Shown here: positions 9,707 to 22,489 of the stretch, piece after piece
Layout of the letters: each line of letters begins with the position of its first letter
How positions within the stretch are numbered: position 1 is the stretch's first letter
DNA from: Candidatus Krumholzibacteriia bacterium
GTDB lineage: Bacteria; Krumholzibacteriota; Krumholzibacteriia; G020349025
Assembly: GCA_035649275.1 (NCBI GenBank)
Contig: DASRJW010000009.1
Coordinates: 3,771 to 67,770, forward strand
Direction of reading: 5' to 3'
Length of the DNA: 64,000 nt
The notes under the pieces: generated by a model
Database searches by the model: none
What the model was told of the DNA's origin: nothing
The model's input: the letters and a program-made list of their open reading frames with translations, nothing else
Program-made: the position numbers and the translations under genes

Positions 9707-11049
9707 GCGGCCCTTGCCTCCGCGCGCTGTTCGCGATCCGAAACACCGCGACGCTTCTCGGCCTCCTGCTGTGCCAGGGCGATGTGGCTCTTCAGGATGA
9801 ACAACCGCTGCGCATAGCCGAGGGGGACACGGAGGCGACTCGCGCGCCGGGCGAGCTTGTCGAGCCCCAAGATCAAATCGTGGGCAGGCTCACCGGGATG
9901 CACCTTTTCCAGCTCCGTCTCCAGAACCTTCAGCTCGCCGTACAAACCGAAGATCCGGCGCTGGATCATCCAGGCGTAGAACGCGGGGACAAAGTGGACG
10001 AGCGGGAACACCACGGTGAACAGAGGAATGAGCAGGATCATCAGGCGTTCTGCCGGGCCCGCCATCCAGAAAGGGAGATAGCGGTATACGAACGGCCGGC
10101 CCGATTTGTAGAACGCCCGGGCCTGTTGGCTCAGCGGCAGGTCGATCGCTTCGGCAGCGGGGAATCGGCCGGCACGATGGAAGACCTGCGGGCCCCCATG
10201 GATTTCTGCGGCGGCCTCGAGGAGGAGGTACTGCAGTCCCGGGTGGATGTCCTCCCGCACGACCAGGCTCGCCTCGACCGCGAGCAGCGGCACGTCGGCG
10301 GGCGGGATGTTCCTCGCCAGGTCGGCGACGCCGGTGGGAAGCACGACCTTGTTGAGGTAGGGAAACAGGGCGACATAGGCGTCCGCGCGCGGGTAGCCCT
10401 CGAGCACGATGCCCTCGGCGACCAGCAGCTTCTGGACCACCGACGACTGCCAGGCGGTGAGCATGATGGCGCCGTCGATTGTGCCCCGCAGGAGCGCCTC
10501 CGCACTCTGCTCCGGTGTGAGACCGAGCAGCTGGACCGTCGTCTCGTCGATGCCGTTCAGCGCCAGGAGCCGGCGTGCCAGCACCCGCGTGCCGCTGCCC
10601 TCGGGCTCGATCGAGATCCGTTTTCCCACCCACCGCTGGGCCGGGGTGCCCGACTCCTGGCGCCGGAAGAACAGCCAGAGCGGCTCGATGGTGATCGCGC
10701 CGAGCGAAACGAGATCGGGCGACTCGTCCTGGTTCGTCAGTCCGTTTTCGATGAACGCGACGCTCACGCCGGCGCGGGGGTCGCGCAGTTTCGTGAGGTT
10801 CTCCGCCGAGCCCGCCGTCTCCACGAGGCGAAGGTCGACTCCCGAGCGCTGTAGGATCTGGCGGTAGCGGGCGCCGAAATCATCGAACCCGCTGCCCTTG
10901 GGTCCGGTCGCCATCACGACGGTACGCGGAGGAAAAGGGTTCCCGATCGTCAAGGCCACCCACGCCAACGCGCCGAGGACGGCGACCGCGAGAAGCACGG
11001 GCACCCACCGGAGCCCCGTGCGAGTGCGGGACGGCGACGGCACAGTCAT
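9700..11049 (-). CDS. TAXI-family TRAP-type periplasmic solute-binding-like protein with N-terminal signal anchor and C-terminal two-helix membrane anchor plus coiled coil
   Basis: SBP-like body (GPKGSGFDDFGARY..., TAXI-like); C-terminal hydrophobic segments LMILLIPLFTVVFPLVHFVPAFYAWMI followed by charged coiled-coil tail. Confidence 0.55.
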   Translation of the reverse strand: MTVPSPSRTRTGLRWVPVLLAVAVLGALAWVALTIGNPFPPRTVVMATGPKGSGFDDFGARYRQILQRSGVDLRLVETAGSAENLTKLRDPRAGVSVAFIENGLTNQDESPDLVSLGAITIEPLWLFFRRQESGTPAQRWVGKRISIEPEGSGTRVLARRLLALNGIDETTVQLLGLTPEQSAEALLRGTIDGAIMLTAWQSSVVQKLLVAEGIVLEGYPRADAYVALFPYLNKVVLPTGVADLARNIPPADVPLLAVEASLVVREDIHPGLQYLLLEAAAEIHGGPQVFHRAGRFPAAEAIDLPLSQQARAFYKSGRPFVYRYLPFWMAGPAERLMILLIPLFTVVFPLVHFVPAFYAWMIQRRIFGLYGELKVLETELEKVHPGEPAHDLILGLDKLARRASRLRVPLGYAQRLFILKSHIALAQQEAEKRRGVSDREQRAEARAAQ

Positions 11050-11078
11050 GGCTTCTCCTCGCGATCACACCGAGCGTC

Positions 11079-13829
<2,751 letters not shown>

Positions 13830-14003
13830 CGCGCACTCTCCTGACCACGGTCGATACCCCGGCCCTCGATACCGCCCCACCCGTGCTCCATGCGTAGGCT
13901 CGGAAGCATAGCCCCCCGGGAGGCGCGTGCATAGCCCACGAGGACTTGGGTGCCCGTCGTCCGGACGGTCGATGGTTCGGGGGGCGGAAACGCGCGGGTG
14001 GCG

Positions 14004-14765
14004 CTAGTCGCGCGCTCCGTCGGCACGCAGGCTGAACTCGATCGGGATGACGACCCAGGCCTGGACGGGAAGTCCCTGTTGCAAGGCGGGGCGGAAGACC
14101 GCCGTCTTGGCCGCTTCCAGCGCCGCTTCGTCGAGGCCGAGGACGCTGCGCAAGAGTGTCACCTGGAGCACCGTACCGTCGGCGCCGACGAGCACGCGCA
14201 CCAGGACCAAACCCTCGATGCCCGCATCGCGCGCGATCTCGGGATAGACAGGCTCGCGCATCCACACCAGCTCGGGCTCGTGCTCGAAGGCGACGAAGGT
14301 CTCGTCTCGAGCCTGGAGAGGTGCGGGTTCGTCGCCGATGTCGAGAGCGTCGCCTTCTTGGCCAAGGTCACTCGCGCTGTCTCCGGCTCCACTTCCAGCG
14401 TCACTGGGCGGACCGATCGATTCTTCCTCCGGCACCGAAACATCGACGAGGTGCAGCGCTCCCCAGCGCGGCCGCGAGACGGGAACGGGTGCTGGCGGCC
14501 GCCGCCGCACCATGGGCGGTGGTGGGACCGGATACTCCGAGAGTTGCACCACACCGGTCGTTCGCTGCCTCGATGGGCCCGACGTGCGTTCCTTCACTGG
14601 CCTCAGGTGGTACGCGAGGAGGGTCGAGACCACGAGCAGGGCGAGCAAGGCGAGGGTCGCGCCGCAGGCGCGCGGCATGACTTCGTTGGTCTCGAAGCGA
14701 TCGAGAAAGCCCCAACGCGGGTAACGTCCTGAGCGCGTGGGGCCGAGAATCGCCAGCCGGGCCAT
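14004..14765 (-). CDS. TonB-family energy transducer (C-terminal TonB domain)
   Basis: N-terminal TM anchor, Pro-rich spacer PVPPPPMVRRRPPAPVPVSRP, C-terminal TonB-like fold ...IEGLVLVRVLVGADGTVLQV...; start chosen at MARLAILG (ATG 14765). Confidence 0.7.
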   Translation of the reverse strand: MARLAILGPTRSGRYPRWGFLDRFETNEVMPRACGATLALLALLVVSTLLAYHLRPVKERTSGPSRQRTTGVVQLSEYPVPPPPMVRRRPPAPVPVSRPRWGALHLVDVSVPEEESIGPPSDAGSGAGDSASDLGQEGDALDIGDEPAPLQARDETFVAFEHEPELVWMREPVYPEIARDAGIEGLVLVRVLVGADGTVLQVTLLRSVLGLDEAALEAAKTAVFRPALQQGLPVQAWVVIPIEFSLRADGARD

Positions 14766-14910
14766 GCGGCCTCCCGTCGTGTACGCGGGTGGGTGCCGCA
14801 ATATGGTGAGGGCTCCGGCAGTTGTCAAACGTGGCGCCGACTTGTCGTTCGCCAGCTGCTTCGGCTGGACACTTCGCGACGGGCGGCCATAATGAGCCGC
14901 CGGAAGCCGC

Positions 14911-15942
14911 GTGTCTTGGCGTGCCTGCCCGACGGAGGTCCCGACCATGCCTCTCGCCCCGAGACAACCGGAGCGCGTGCTCTTCTGGTCGGTCTCCGTC
15001 GCCGCTCTGGTCTCGCTCGTGGCCTTGCTGCGGACACCGGCGGACACTTTTCTCTGGAAGTCGCTCTTCGACGCCGGCCACGCCGTGATGTCCGGCTATC
15101 TGGCGTTGGTGTTCCTGCGCCTCATCGTGGCCTGGAACGGTCATCCCCGCAGCACAAGCCCCGACTACGTGTTGGCCTTCTCTCTCACGACGGCGAGCGG
15201 CCTCGGCATCGAGATCGTCCAGATCTTCCTGCCCCGTGACGCCGATGTCGCCGACCTGTTGCGCAACGTGCTCGGAGCCTCGGCCCTCCTCCTCGCCGCC
15301 TGGGCCTGCGAACGCGACCCCGGCGGGCCCTTCCGTCGTGGATGGCTCGTGCGTCTCGTCGCGCTCCCGTGCAGCGTTCTCCTCTTCGCGATCGCTTTCG
15401 TGCCGGTGGCCCGCGTCCTCGCCAGCTACGCCCAGCGCGATGCCGCCCTCCCGCGGCTCTGTGATTTCGAAGCCTCCTGGGAGCGTTTGTTCATCGACAT
15501 GTGGGAGGCCGACCTCGAACGCATCCCGGAGCCCGAGGGCTGGGGAGACGGAAGCCCCGCCCATCGGCGCAGCGCGGGCAAGGCCGGTCGCGTCACCTTC
15601 CACCCCGCGTCCTACCCGCGCTTCGTCCTCCGAGAGCCCTCTCCAGATTGGACTGGCTACCGGGATCTCGTCTTCCAGGTGTATTCGGACCTCGCGGCTC
15701 CGGTGAAGATCGTGCTCCGGATCGACGATGTGCATCACGACATGGTGCGCTACACCGATCGTTTCAACCGGGAGCTGACCGTGAACCCCGGGGCCAACAC
15801 CTTCCGCATTTCTCTCGCCGAGGTGCGCTCCGCCCTCCAGGGCCGCACCATGGACATGCGCCGGATCGCCCGAATTGTCGTCTTCGCGGTGGAGCCCACG
15901 GCTCCCTTCAGCCTCACCCTGGACGCATTCCATTTGGAGTGA
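14911..15942 (+). CDS. Membrane protein with VanZ-like N-terminal helices and uncharacterised C-terminal domain
   Basis: Four or five hydrophobic helices in first about 180 aa; soluble C-terminal domain about 160 aa without recognisable motif; alternative start MPLAPRQ at 14947. Confidence 0.5.
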   Translation: MSWRACPTEVPTMPLAPRQPERVLFWSVSVAALVSLVALLRTPADTFLWKSLFDAGHAVMSGYLALVFLRLIVAWNGHPRSTSPDYVLAFSLTTASGLGIEIVQIFLPRDADVADLLRNVLGASALLLAAWACERDPGGPFRRGWLVRLVALPCSVLLFAIAFVPVARVLASYAQRDAALPRLCDFEASWERLFIDMWEADLERIPEPEGWGDGSPAHRRSAGKAGRVTFHPASYPRFVLREPSPDWTGYRDLVFQVYSDLAAPVKIVLRIDDVHHDMVRYTDRFNRELTVNPGANTFRISLAEVRSALQGRTMDMRRIARIVVFAVEPTAPFSLTLDAFHLE

Positions 15943-16126
15943 CGAGCCACCCTGCTTGGAGTGACGAGCACCCCCCCCGCGCCGACCTGCCCGTTGCCGC
16001 GCGTACTCTGCTTCCTGTCCTACCCTCGGTGCGCTACATTCTTTCTCGAACCACACCCGCTGCAAGGCCACGCCCTCGAGGGGGACGCGGCCTGCCCGAG
16101 GGTCCGCCGCACCCTGGAGGCCGACG

Positions 16127-18229
16127 ATGCTGTCGCGACGACTTGCTCCCCCATGCATCCTTGCCGAGATCCGCCCGGTGACATTCCTCTTCCTCGCCCT
16201 CGTCTCGGCGGCGATCCCTGCCAGCGCTCAAAAGGCGCACGCCCCTGCGGCGGCTGCCGTGACCCCCGCGGGCACGCTGACCCCCGAGATGGTGGTGTCG
16301 ATGCGCAGCATCCGTGATCTGGCCGTGTCGCCCGACGGTCAGTGGATCGCCTACACGCTCCAGGTCCCTCGCGGCTTGGACGAGGACCGCGGCTCGGCCT
16401 ATCTGGAGATCTGGCTCATGGATCGTGATGGCAAACACCCGCGGCAGTTCACGCCGAGCAAGCAGCGCTCCTGGTCGCCGGCGTTTTCTCCCGATGGCAA
16501 GCGGCTCGCCTTCCTGGCCAACCGTCCTGGGCGCGACAGCGATGGCGACAAGGACGACGCCGACAAGGCCGGCATCTTCCTCATCGACCTGCAGGGCGGC
16601 GAGGCGCGGCAACTGACGGCGGGCGAGTACTCCGTTCGCAGCTGCCGTTGGTCACCCACCGGCGAGGCTCTGGCCTTCACCGCCAAGGCTCCCATGCCGG
16701 CGGAGCGGAAGGAAGCGCGCAAGAAGGGGCGGGACTGGATCGAAGGCGATGTCGACCTCACCCCGACGCCTCTGTGGTCCGTGCGCGTCGCCGATGGCAA
16801 GGTCGTGCGTCTCACGACGACCGACGCCAACGTGTTGGACTTCGATTGGTCGCCGAACGGCACCAGCCTGGTCGTGCGCCTCACGGACTCGGCCCGCGTC
16901 GACGAGTCGTACCTGACGTCGCGCCTGACACTCGTCCCCGCCACGGGAGGCGAGCCGGCGCCGCTCGTTCGCACCCAGGGCAAGCTCGATCAACCGCACT
17001 TCTCCCCCGACGGCAAGCACGTCGCCTGGCTCGGCGCCACCAGCGTCAACGACCCCTTCCCCGGTACGGTCTACGTGGTGCCCGCGACGGGCGGCACGGC
17101 GCGTGCCCTGACGACAGCCGAGCCCGGCTGCGCCACGGCGCTGGAGTGGACAGATGCTTCCACCCTGCTCTATGCAGCCTCGCGGGGCACTGCGACGGCG
17201 CTGGTCACGGTGCCGGCGGCGGGGGGCAAACTGCGCGACGTCCTCACCAACGGGCCCATCTTCTCTGGCTTCGCCCTTTCCAGCAATCGCAAGACCCTCG
17301 CTCTGGTCGGCAACACGCCTCGACATCCAGGAGAGATTTTCGCTGCCGCCTATTCGAGCGGCGGCACCCGTGTTCGCCGTCTGACCACGACCAATCTCGA
17401 GGTCGAGCGCACACAGCTCGGCGCTCAGAAGGTGATGCGCTGGAAGGCCACTGACGGCCTCGACATCGAGGGCGTGCTGGTACACCCCGTGGGCTACACG
17501 CCGGGGGCGCGCTATCCCCTCGTCGTCATGGCCCATGGCGGGCCGGAGAGTTGCTTTCGCAATGGCTGGAACACTTCGTACTCGCAGTGGGCGCAGCTGC
17601 TCGCCCAGCGCGGTTACGTGGTGCTGATGCCGAATTATCGCGGCAGCACCGGGCGAGGCGAGGCCTTCGAACGCGGCGATCACGGCGATCTGGCCGGCAA
17701 GGAGTTCGAGGATGTCCTCGCCGGCATCGACGCACTCGCCGCCGCCGGCACGGTGGACCCCGCCCGGGTGGGGATCGGTGGGGGTTCCTATGGCGGCTAC
17801 TTCTCCGCCTGGGCAGCGACGGCGTGGTCCGAGCGCTTCGCCGCTTCCGTCGACTTCGCCGGCATCACCGACTGGCACTCCATGCAGGGCGTTTCCGACA
17901 TCCCGCTGGAGAACGCCACCGTGCATTGGAACCTGCCTTACTACGAGAACGCCGATCTCTACTGGGAACGTTCGCCCCTCGCGCACGTGCAGAAGTGCCG
18001 GACCCCCATCCTCATCGCCCACGGCGACAGCGATCGGCGCGTCCCCGTCGGCCAGGCCGTCGAGCTGTACACGGCGCTGCGGCTCCTCGGCCGCGAGGTG
18101 GAGCTGGTGCGCTATCCCCGCGCCGGACATGGCCTCGAGGAATCGCCGCACCAGCACGACTTCTTGACCCGCGTGCTCGATTGGTACGAGCAGCACCTGA
18201 AGGAGGCGCCGGAGGCGGCGTTCCGCTAG
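16127..18229 (+). CDS. S9-family serine peptidase (prolyl oligopeptidase/acylaminoacyl-peptidase type) with N-terminal beta-propeller, secreted
   Basis: Signal peptide; PD40/TolB-like repeats; catalytic alpha/beta-hydrolase domain with GGSYGGY nucleophile elbow and VMAHGGPE block. Confidence 0.85.
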   Translation: MLSRRLAPPCILAEIRPVTFLFLALVSAAIPASAQKAHAPAAAAVTPAGTLTPEMVVSMRSIRDLAVSPDGQWIAYTLQVPRGLDEDRGSAYLEIWLMDRDGKHPRQFTPSKQRSWSPAFSPDGKRLAFLANRPGRDSDGDKDDADKAGIFLIDLQGGEARQLTAGEYSVRSCRWSPTGEALAFTAKAPMPAERKEARKKGRDWIEGDVDLTPTPLWSVRVADGKVVRLTTTDANVLDFDWSPNGTSLVVRLTDSARVDESYLTSRLTLVPATGGEPAPLVRTQGKLDQPHFSPDGKHVAWLGATSVNDPFPGTVYVVPATGGTARALTTAEPGCATALEWTDASTLLYAASRGTATALVTVPAAGGKLRDVLTNGPIFSGFALSSNRKTLALVGNTPRHPGEIFAAAYSSGGTRVRRLTTTNLEVERTQLGAQKVMRWKATDGLDIEGVLVHPVGYTPGARYPLVVMAHGGPESCFRNGWNTSYSQWAQLLAQRGYVVLMPNYRGSTGRGEAFERGDHGDLAGKEFEDVLAGIDALAAAGTVDPARVGIGGGSYGGYFSAWAATAWSERFAASVDFAGITDWHSMQGVSDIPLENATVHWNLPYYENADLYWERSPLAHVQKCRTPILIAHGDSDRRVPVGQAVELYTALRLLGREVELVRYPRAGHGLEESPHQHDFLTRVLDWYEQHLKEAPEAAFR

Positions 18230-18293
18230 GCGCAAACGCCGTGGCGGCGAGCCGATCTCCAGTGTTCCCACGGGCACCGCAGCGCGGCGCAGG

Positions 18294-19544
18294 TCAGAAC
18301 GACTCGTTGATCGCCAAGCCGAAGCGAACGCCCTCCTGGCCGAGGGCAGTGTCGAAGCGGGCGACGATGGCGTGGTTCTTTCTGTAGTGGACGTTGAGCC
18401 CGATGCCGAGCGTCGGGCGCAGGGTGTCGTAGCGGAACTTGGAGATCTGCGGCGCCACCGCTGCGGTGCCACCGAAGCCAGTCAGGCTGAGACGCCAGAG
18501 AACGGGCGCCCGGTACTCCGCCTGCACCGCGAAAAGAACCTCGTCCAGGTAGCGGTCGCGGCGGTAGCCGCGCGAGTGCGCTCGTCCACCAAGGGAGGCG
18601 AGACGCCAGAAGGGCGGGCTGTCCGTGGTGCCGTAGAGGAAGACCTGCGTGGCCAGCACGTGCTGCGGCTTGATGGTGAAGTAATTGCGCAGGTCGACAT
18701 TGAAATTGGTGAAGTCGAAGTCGCTCCCGAGGGCATCGTCGAAGAGCATGCCGAAGGCCTGATAATAGTAGCCATGCGAGGGTGCGTAGCGTTGATCACG
18801 GCGGTCCCACTCCAGGACGAAACCAGCGCCGATGACCTTCTCACCGCTGCTGCTGCTGTACACGGGCGCCTGCAGCAAGCCGCCCGGAACACGCTCCAGG
18901 AACTCGAAGAACTCCATCTCCACCCGGACTCCAGCGCGGAAGTACGGCAAGACGTTGTGGAAGCCTTCGACGTAAGCCTGGAATCGATGCGGCCGGTAGA
19001 CTTCTTCGTTGCTTTGGGGCGTATCCGGCCCGATCCCATAGAAACGCTCCGCCGTGTCGCGATGCGACACTCGCGCGCGGAGCACGTGCGTACCGTCTTT
19101 CCAGTAGACGGTCGAGGCCAGGTCGAGCTGGGTCTGTCCTTTGAAGGTGACCTGCGCCCGCGCGCGCAACTCCGAGGGGTGCGACTCGGGGCTGTTGCCG
19201 GACAGGCGGAAGGGGAAAAGGAACTCGCCGCCGACGCCAAAACCCCGCTCGTCGGCGTAGGACACGAGCGGCAGGACGTAGAGCCGTCCCAGCGCCATCT
19301 TGGGGGGAAAAAGCTGCGACTGGTTCGTGGACTGCTTCGGTTCGGCTGCCTCGGTGTCCGGAGCTGCCGCGGGGGCGATCACCGCGGTGGAATCAGCCGG
19401 ACTCGACAGGACGGGGAGCGAGGTGCCGCACAGTAGCAAGGCGACGCAAACCAGCGCGACGAGCACTGGACCAGAACCGTTGCAGCTTGGACGCGGCTGT
19501 TTTTCTGGCTCCACTCGATGCCGTCCTCGAGCCCCAAGAACCAA
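18294..19544 (-). CDS. Outer-membrane beta-barrel protein (Omp85/surface-antigen-like)
   Basis: Signal peptide, alternating amphipathic strands, C-terminal aromatic residue (…GLAINESF) typical of OM beta-signal. Confidence 0.5.
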   Translation of the reverse strand: MVLGARGRHRVEPEKQPRPSCNGSGPVLVALVCVALLLCGTSLPVLSSPADSTAVIAPAAAPDTEAAEPKQSTNQSQLFPPKMALGRLYVLPLVSYADERGFGVGGEFLFPFRLSGNSPESHPSELRARAQVTFKGQTQLDLASTVYWKDGTHVLRARVSHRDTAERFYGIGPDTPQSNEEVYRPHRFQAYVEGFHNVLPYFRAGVRVEMEFFEFLERVPGGLLQAPVYSSSSGEKVIGAGFVLEWDRRDQRYAPSHGYYYQAFGMLFDDALGSDFDFTNFNVDLRNYFTIKPQHVLATQVFLYGTTDSPPFWRLASLGGRAHSRGYRRDRYLDEVLFAVQAEYRAPVLWRLSLTGFGGTAAVAPQISKFRYDTLRPTLGIGLNVHYRKNHAIVARFDTALGQEGVRFGLAINESF

Positions 19545-19639
19545 GGTGCCTCGGCCAAGCGCGCCGGCAGAATCCCTCCAGCGTGGGACGACTTCGGCAT
19601 GATATCGTGCCAGGGTCTCGCGACACGAGGTGATCTCGA

Positions 19640-20326
19640 GTGTTCAACCCTTTCGAAGCAGCCGTATTCTACTTCATTTTCCTGTTCTCGACGACGCTGC
19701 ACGAAGCCGCGCACGCCTGGGCCGCCATGCGCGGCGGTGACCTCACCGCCTATCGGGGCGGTCAGGTTTCGATCAACCCGCTGCCCCACATCCGACGCGA
19801 GCCGTTCGGTATGGTGGTCCTACCGGTGCTCTCGGTGATCTTCTCGGGCTGGCCCCTCGGCTTCGCCAGCACGCCCTACGATCCGGCCTGGGCCCGTCTC
19901 CATCCCAAGCGCGCCGCCCTCATGTCCCTCGCTGGGCCGGCGGCGAACCTTTCCCTGGTTCTTGTCACGGCACTCCTCATCCGTCTGTTTCTGGGCTACG
20001 GTTTTTTCAGCGCCGGCCGTTCGAGCATGGCCCACCTCGTGATCGCCGAAGGCTCCGGGTGGGAAAGCCTGGCTTTCGTCCTCAGCGTGTTCTTCTCCAT
20101 GAATCTCATCCTCTTCGCGCTCAATATCCTTCCTGTGCCGCCCTTGGACGGTAGCGGCGTTCTCCCGATGTTCCTGGGTCGTGACTACTCGATGCGGTTA
20201 CAGGAAGTCTTCGCTCAGCCCATTGTCGCGATGATGGGCATGATCATCGTGTGGCGCGGCTTCTCCAGCATCTTCCGCCCCATCTTCCACTTCGCCGTCG
20301 ATCTCTTGTTCCGCGGCCTACTTTGA
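19640..20326 (+). CDS. Site-2 protease family (M50) zinc metalloprotease, membrane-embedded
   Basis: HEAAHAW (HExxH) in first TM and downstream NILPVPPLDGSGVL (LDG) motif. Confidence 0.75.
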   Translation: MFNPFEAAVFYFIFLFSTTLHEAAHAWAAMRGGDLTAYRGGQVSINPLPHIRREPFGMVVLPVLSVIFSGWPLGFASTPYDPAWARLHPKRAALMSLAGPAANLSLVLVTALLIRLFLGYGFFSAGRSSMAHLVIAEGSGWESLAFVLSVFFSMNLILFALNILPVPPLDGSGVLPMFLGRDYSMRLQEVFAQPIVAMMGMIIVWRGFSSIFRPIFHFAVDLLFRGLL

Positions 20327-20336
20327 GTTGGCGTTC

Positions 20337-21113
20337 TCATCGTGACCCCGAATCACTCCCGAGAGGGTTCCGATAGACATACAAGCTGTTCTCGGAATCG
20401 CTGACGATGTAGATCAGGTTCGCTGCCTCATCGAGCGCGATCCCCTCGGCCTTCGGGAACGATAACGGGTACGTGCCGATGACACCCTTGTCCTTGCTCC
20501 ACAGGTACAGGCTGCGCGACTGATCGCTGACGATCCAGAAACAGCCCTTGCGACGATCGTATGTCAGTCCCGAGTAGTCCTGCGCGAAGTCCAGCCGGCG
20601 CTGGGTGGCAATGGCGTGGTCGGAACCCAGCTCGATGAACAGGCCGGGGCGCTTTTCGTTGAGCAGGACGATACGACCTCGTGCATCAAGACAAATCCCT
20701 TCGAGCCCGCTGTTCTTGTCGCCAGTCAGGTCGAGGAGATGTCGCGACAGGACGTCTCCGTTCAAGTCGAGATGAATGACCTCTCGACGATTCTCTTCGG
20801 CGACCCATAGGGTCCGATCCGTGGCATCGTACGCGATCCCCTCCAGGTCTTGTCCCACGTAGTTGAGGGTCTTGACCACATTCCCGCCCCGGTCGAGCTG
20901 GTAAACGCGGGCCGGGTTGTTGGTGACCGTCCAGAGCTTTCGGCCCGATTCGTCGATCGCCAGGTCGGACGGCTCCGAAATGCTCAACGGATGCGTCCCC
21001 AGGAGCTCGAGCGCGGCGGTGGTCGGAGACGGGGTCGGTGCGGAGTCGCTGCGTCCAAGTGCCAGGAGGATCACGAGCACTCCGGACGCCGCCGCGGTCC
21101 TGATCCAGCCCAT
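20337..21113 (-). CDS. Secreted SdiA-regulated/YjiK-like beta-propeller protein
   Basis: Signal peptide; repeated ...DLEGIAYDATDRTLWVAEE.../...AEGIALDEAANLIYIVSD... blocks resembling the SdiA-regulated domain family. Confidence 0.5.
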   Translation of the reverse strand: MGWIRTAAASGVLVILLALGRSDSAPTPSPTTAALELLGTHPLSISEPSDLAIDESGRKLWTVTNNPARVYQLDRGGNVVKTLNYVGQDLEGIAYDATDRTLWVAEENRREVIHLDLNGDVLSRHLLDLTGDKNSGLEGICLDARGRIVLLNEKRPGLFIELGSDHAIATQRRLDFAQDYSGLTYDRRKGCFWIVSDQSRSLYLWSKDKGVIGTYPLSFPKAEGIALDEAANLIYIVSDSENSLYVYRNPLGSDSGSR

Positions 21114-21503
21114 GACAGAGTCCTTTCCTAGAACGGCTGCCCTTCGTCGTTCACCTCAAGCGGCACTCGGTGGGAGCCGGCGAATTGGGGGAAATCCCCC
21201 TCGGGCGTGTTCACCCAGATCGGGGGCAGTCACGGAGTAGCGAGGGGACGCCGAATGCAGGAACTCCTCGAGTTTCGCTCTCTGATGGGCAGGATTGCTG
21301 CCGCGAGCACGAGTCAGGCCACAGTCCGCAGTCGGGATTCGGGGCGAGCGCACGATCTCGACCTCTCGCCTCCAGGGCGGCTCGGTGGTGTGGGGCGAGG
21401 GCCGAGAAGAATCGAGTCTAGCGGCGCGCGTGGCCGGGCGGCAAGCGATCCCCGCTGCTCTAGTCCACCGAGCCAGACTCCGCTGATCGACGCGTCACCG
21501 TGT

Positions 21504-22463
21504 CTAGTGCACCGACTCGACCTCGGCTCGATGCGGCAGCGATGGCGCGGCTCCCGGCTTCTGCACGCAGAGCGAGGCTGCGACGTTGGCGTAATGCAAA
21601 GCGGGCACGATCTCGTCCCCCGCCGCCAACCGGGCCGCGACCGCGCCGACGAAACAATCTCCTGCACCGGTTGGATCCACGGCCCGCACCTGCCGCGCCG
21701 GGATGGGGTGATGCCTGTCACCGTGCACGGCGACAGCGCCGCGTTCGCCCAAGGTCACGACGACCCACTGGTCGGTGTGCACGCGCAGCGTCGTCGCGGC
21801 GTCTACGACCGCGTCGATGTCGGCGTGATCGAGTGTCGCAATGCCCGCGAAAAATGCCGCCTCCGTTTCGTTCAACACCAGGATGTCGGCGAGTCGGAAC
21901 AACACGGGTGGACAGGCCTGTGCTGGAGACGGATTCAGCAGCGTCGTTGCCCCGTGCTGCCTGCCGTGCGCCAAGAACGCCTGCACTGTCGGAAGCGGAG
22001 TCTCGAGCTGGCACACGATGATGTCGCCTGCTGCCACCGAAACGGCCTGGACGCGCTCGGGCCCGAGGAGCGCGTTCGCGCCCGGCACCACGACGATCGT
22101 GTTCTGGGACTCAGCGTCGACGACAATGCATCCGATTCCGGTCGCGAGATCTACACGCTCCAAGGAACTCGCATCGATCGCTTCCGAGCGCAGGAAGGTG
22201 TCCAGGGATTCACCGAAGGCGTCCTTCCCCAGCATCGCCACGAGCGTCGTAGGCGCGCCGAGCCGTGCCGCAGCCACTGCTTGATTCGCGCCTTTCCCGC
22301 CCGGGAAGACCTGAAAGCTGTCGCCGAGCACGGTCTCGCCGGGGCGCGGATGGCGCGGCGCATGCACGACCAGGTCCATGTTCACGCTGCCTGCGACAAT
22401 CACCCGTCGCACCGAACCCTCGACGCCCACGCGCGCACCTCCTGGAAGCTGGAATGCTACCAT
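21504..22463 (-). CDS. rbsK: Ribokinase (PfkB family)
   Basis: GGKGANQAVAAARLG motif and C-terminal DPTGAGDCFVGA anion-hole motif. Confidence 0.85.
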   Translation of the reverse strand: MVAFQLPGGARVGVEGSVRRVIVAGSVNMDLVVHAPRHPRPGETVLGDSFQVFPGGKGANQAVAAARLGAPTTLVAMLGKDAFGESLDTFLRSEAIDASSLERVDLATGIGCIVVDAESQNTIVVVPGANALLGPERVQAVSVAAGDIIVCQLETPLPTVQAFLAHGRQHGATTLLNPSPAQACPPVLFRLADILVLNETEAAFFAGIATLDHADIDAVVDAATTLRVHTDQWVVVTLGERGAVAVHGDRHHPIPARQVRAVDPTGAGDCFVGAVAARLAAGDEIVPALHYANVAASLCVQKPGAAPSLPHRAEVESVH

Positions 22464-22489
22464 GCGACGAAATCGCTGGGAGCAGGCTC

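Noticed and set aside
14401-16158. 585-aa minus-strand ORF spanning tonB 5' region and VanZ-like gene
   Set aside because: Overlaps two better-supported genes on the opposite and same strands; Arg/Gly-rich composition.
16652-18472. 606-aa minus-strand ORF antisense to the S9 peptidase
   Set aside because: Antisense artefact; S9 catalytic motifs are unambiguous on the plus strand.
21114-21503. 390-nt intergenic gap between the SdiA-regulated-like gene and rbsK, inspected for tRNA or sRNA
   Set aside because: GC-rich with no cloverleaf or terminator-like structure recognisable by eye; likely promoter/terminator space only.
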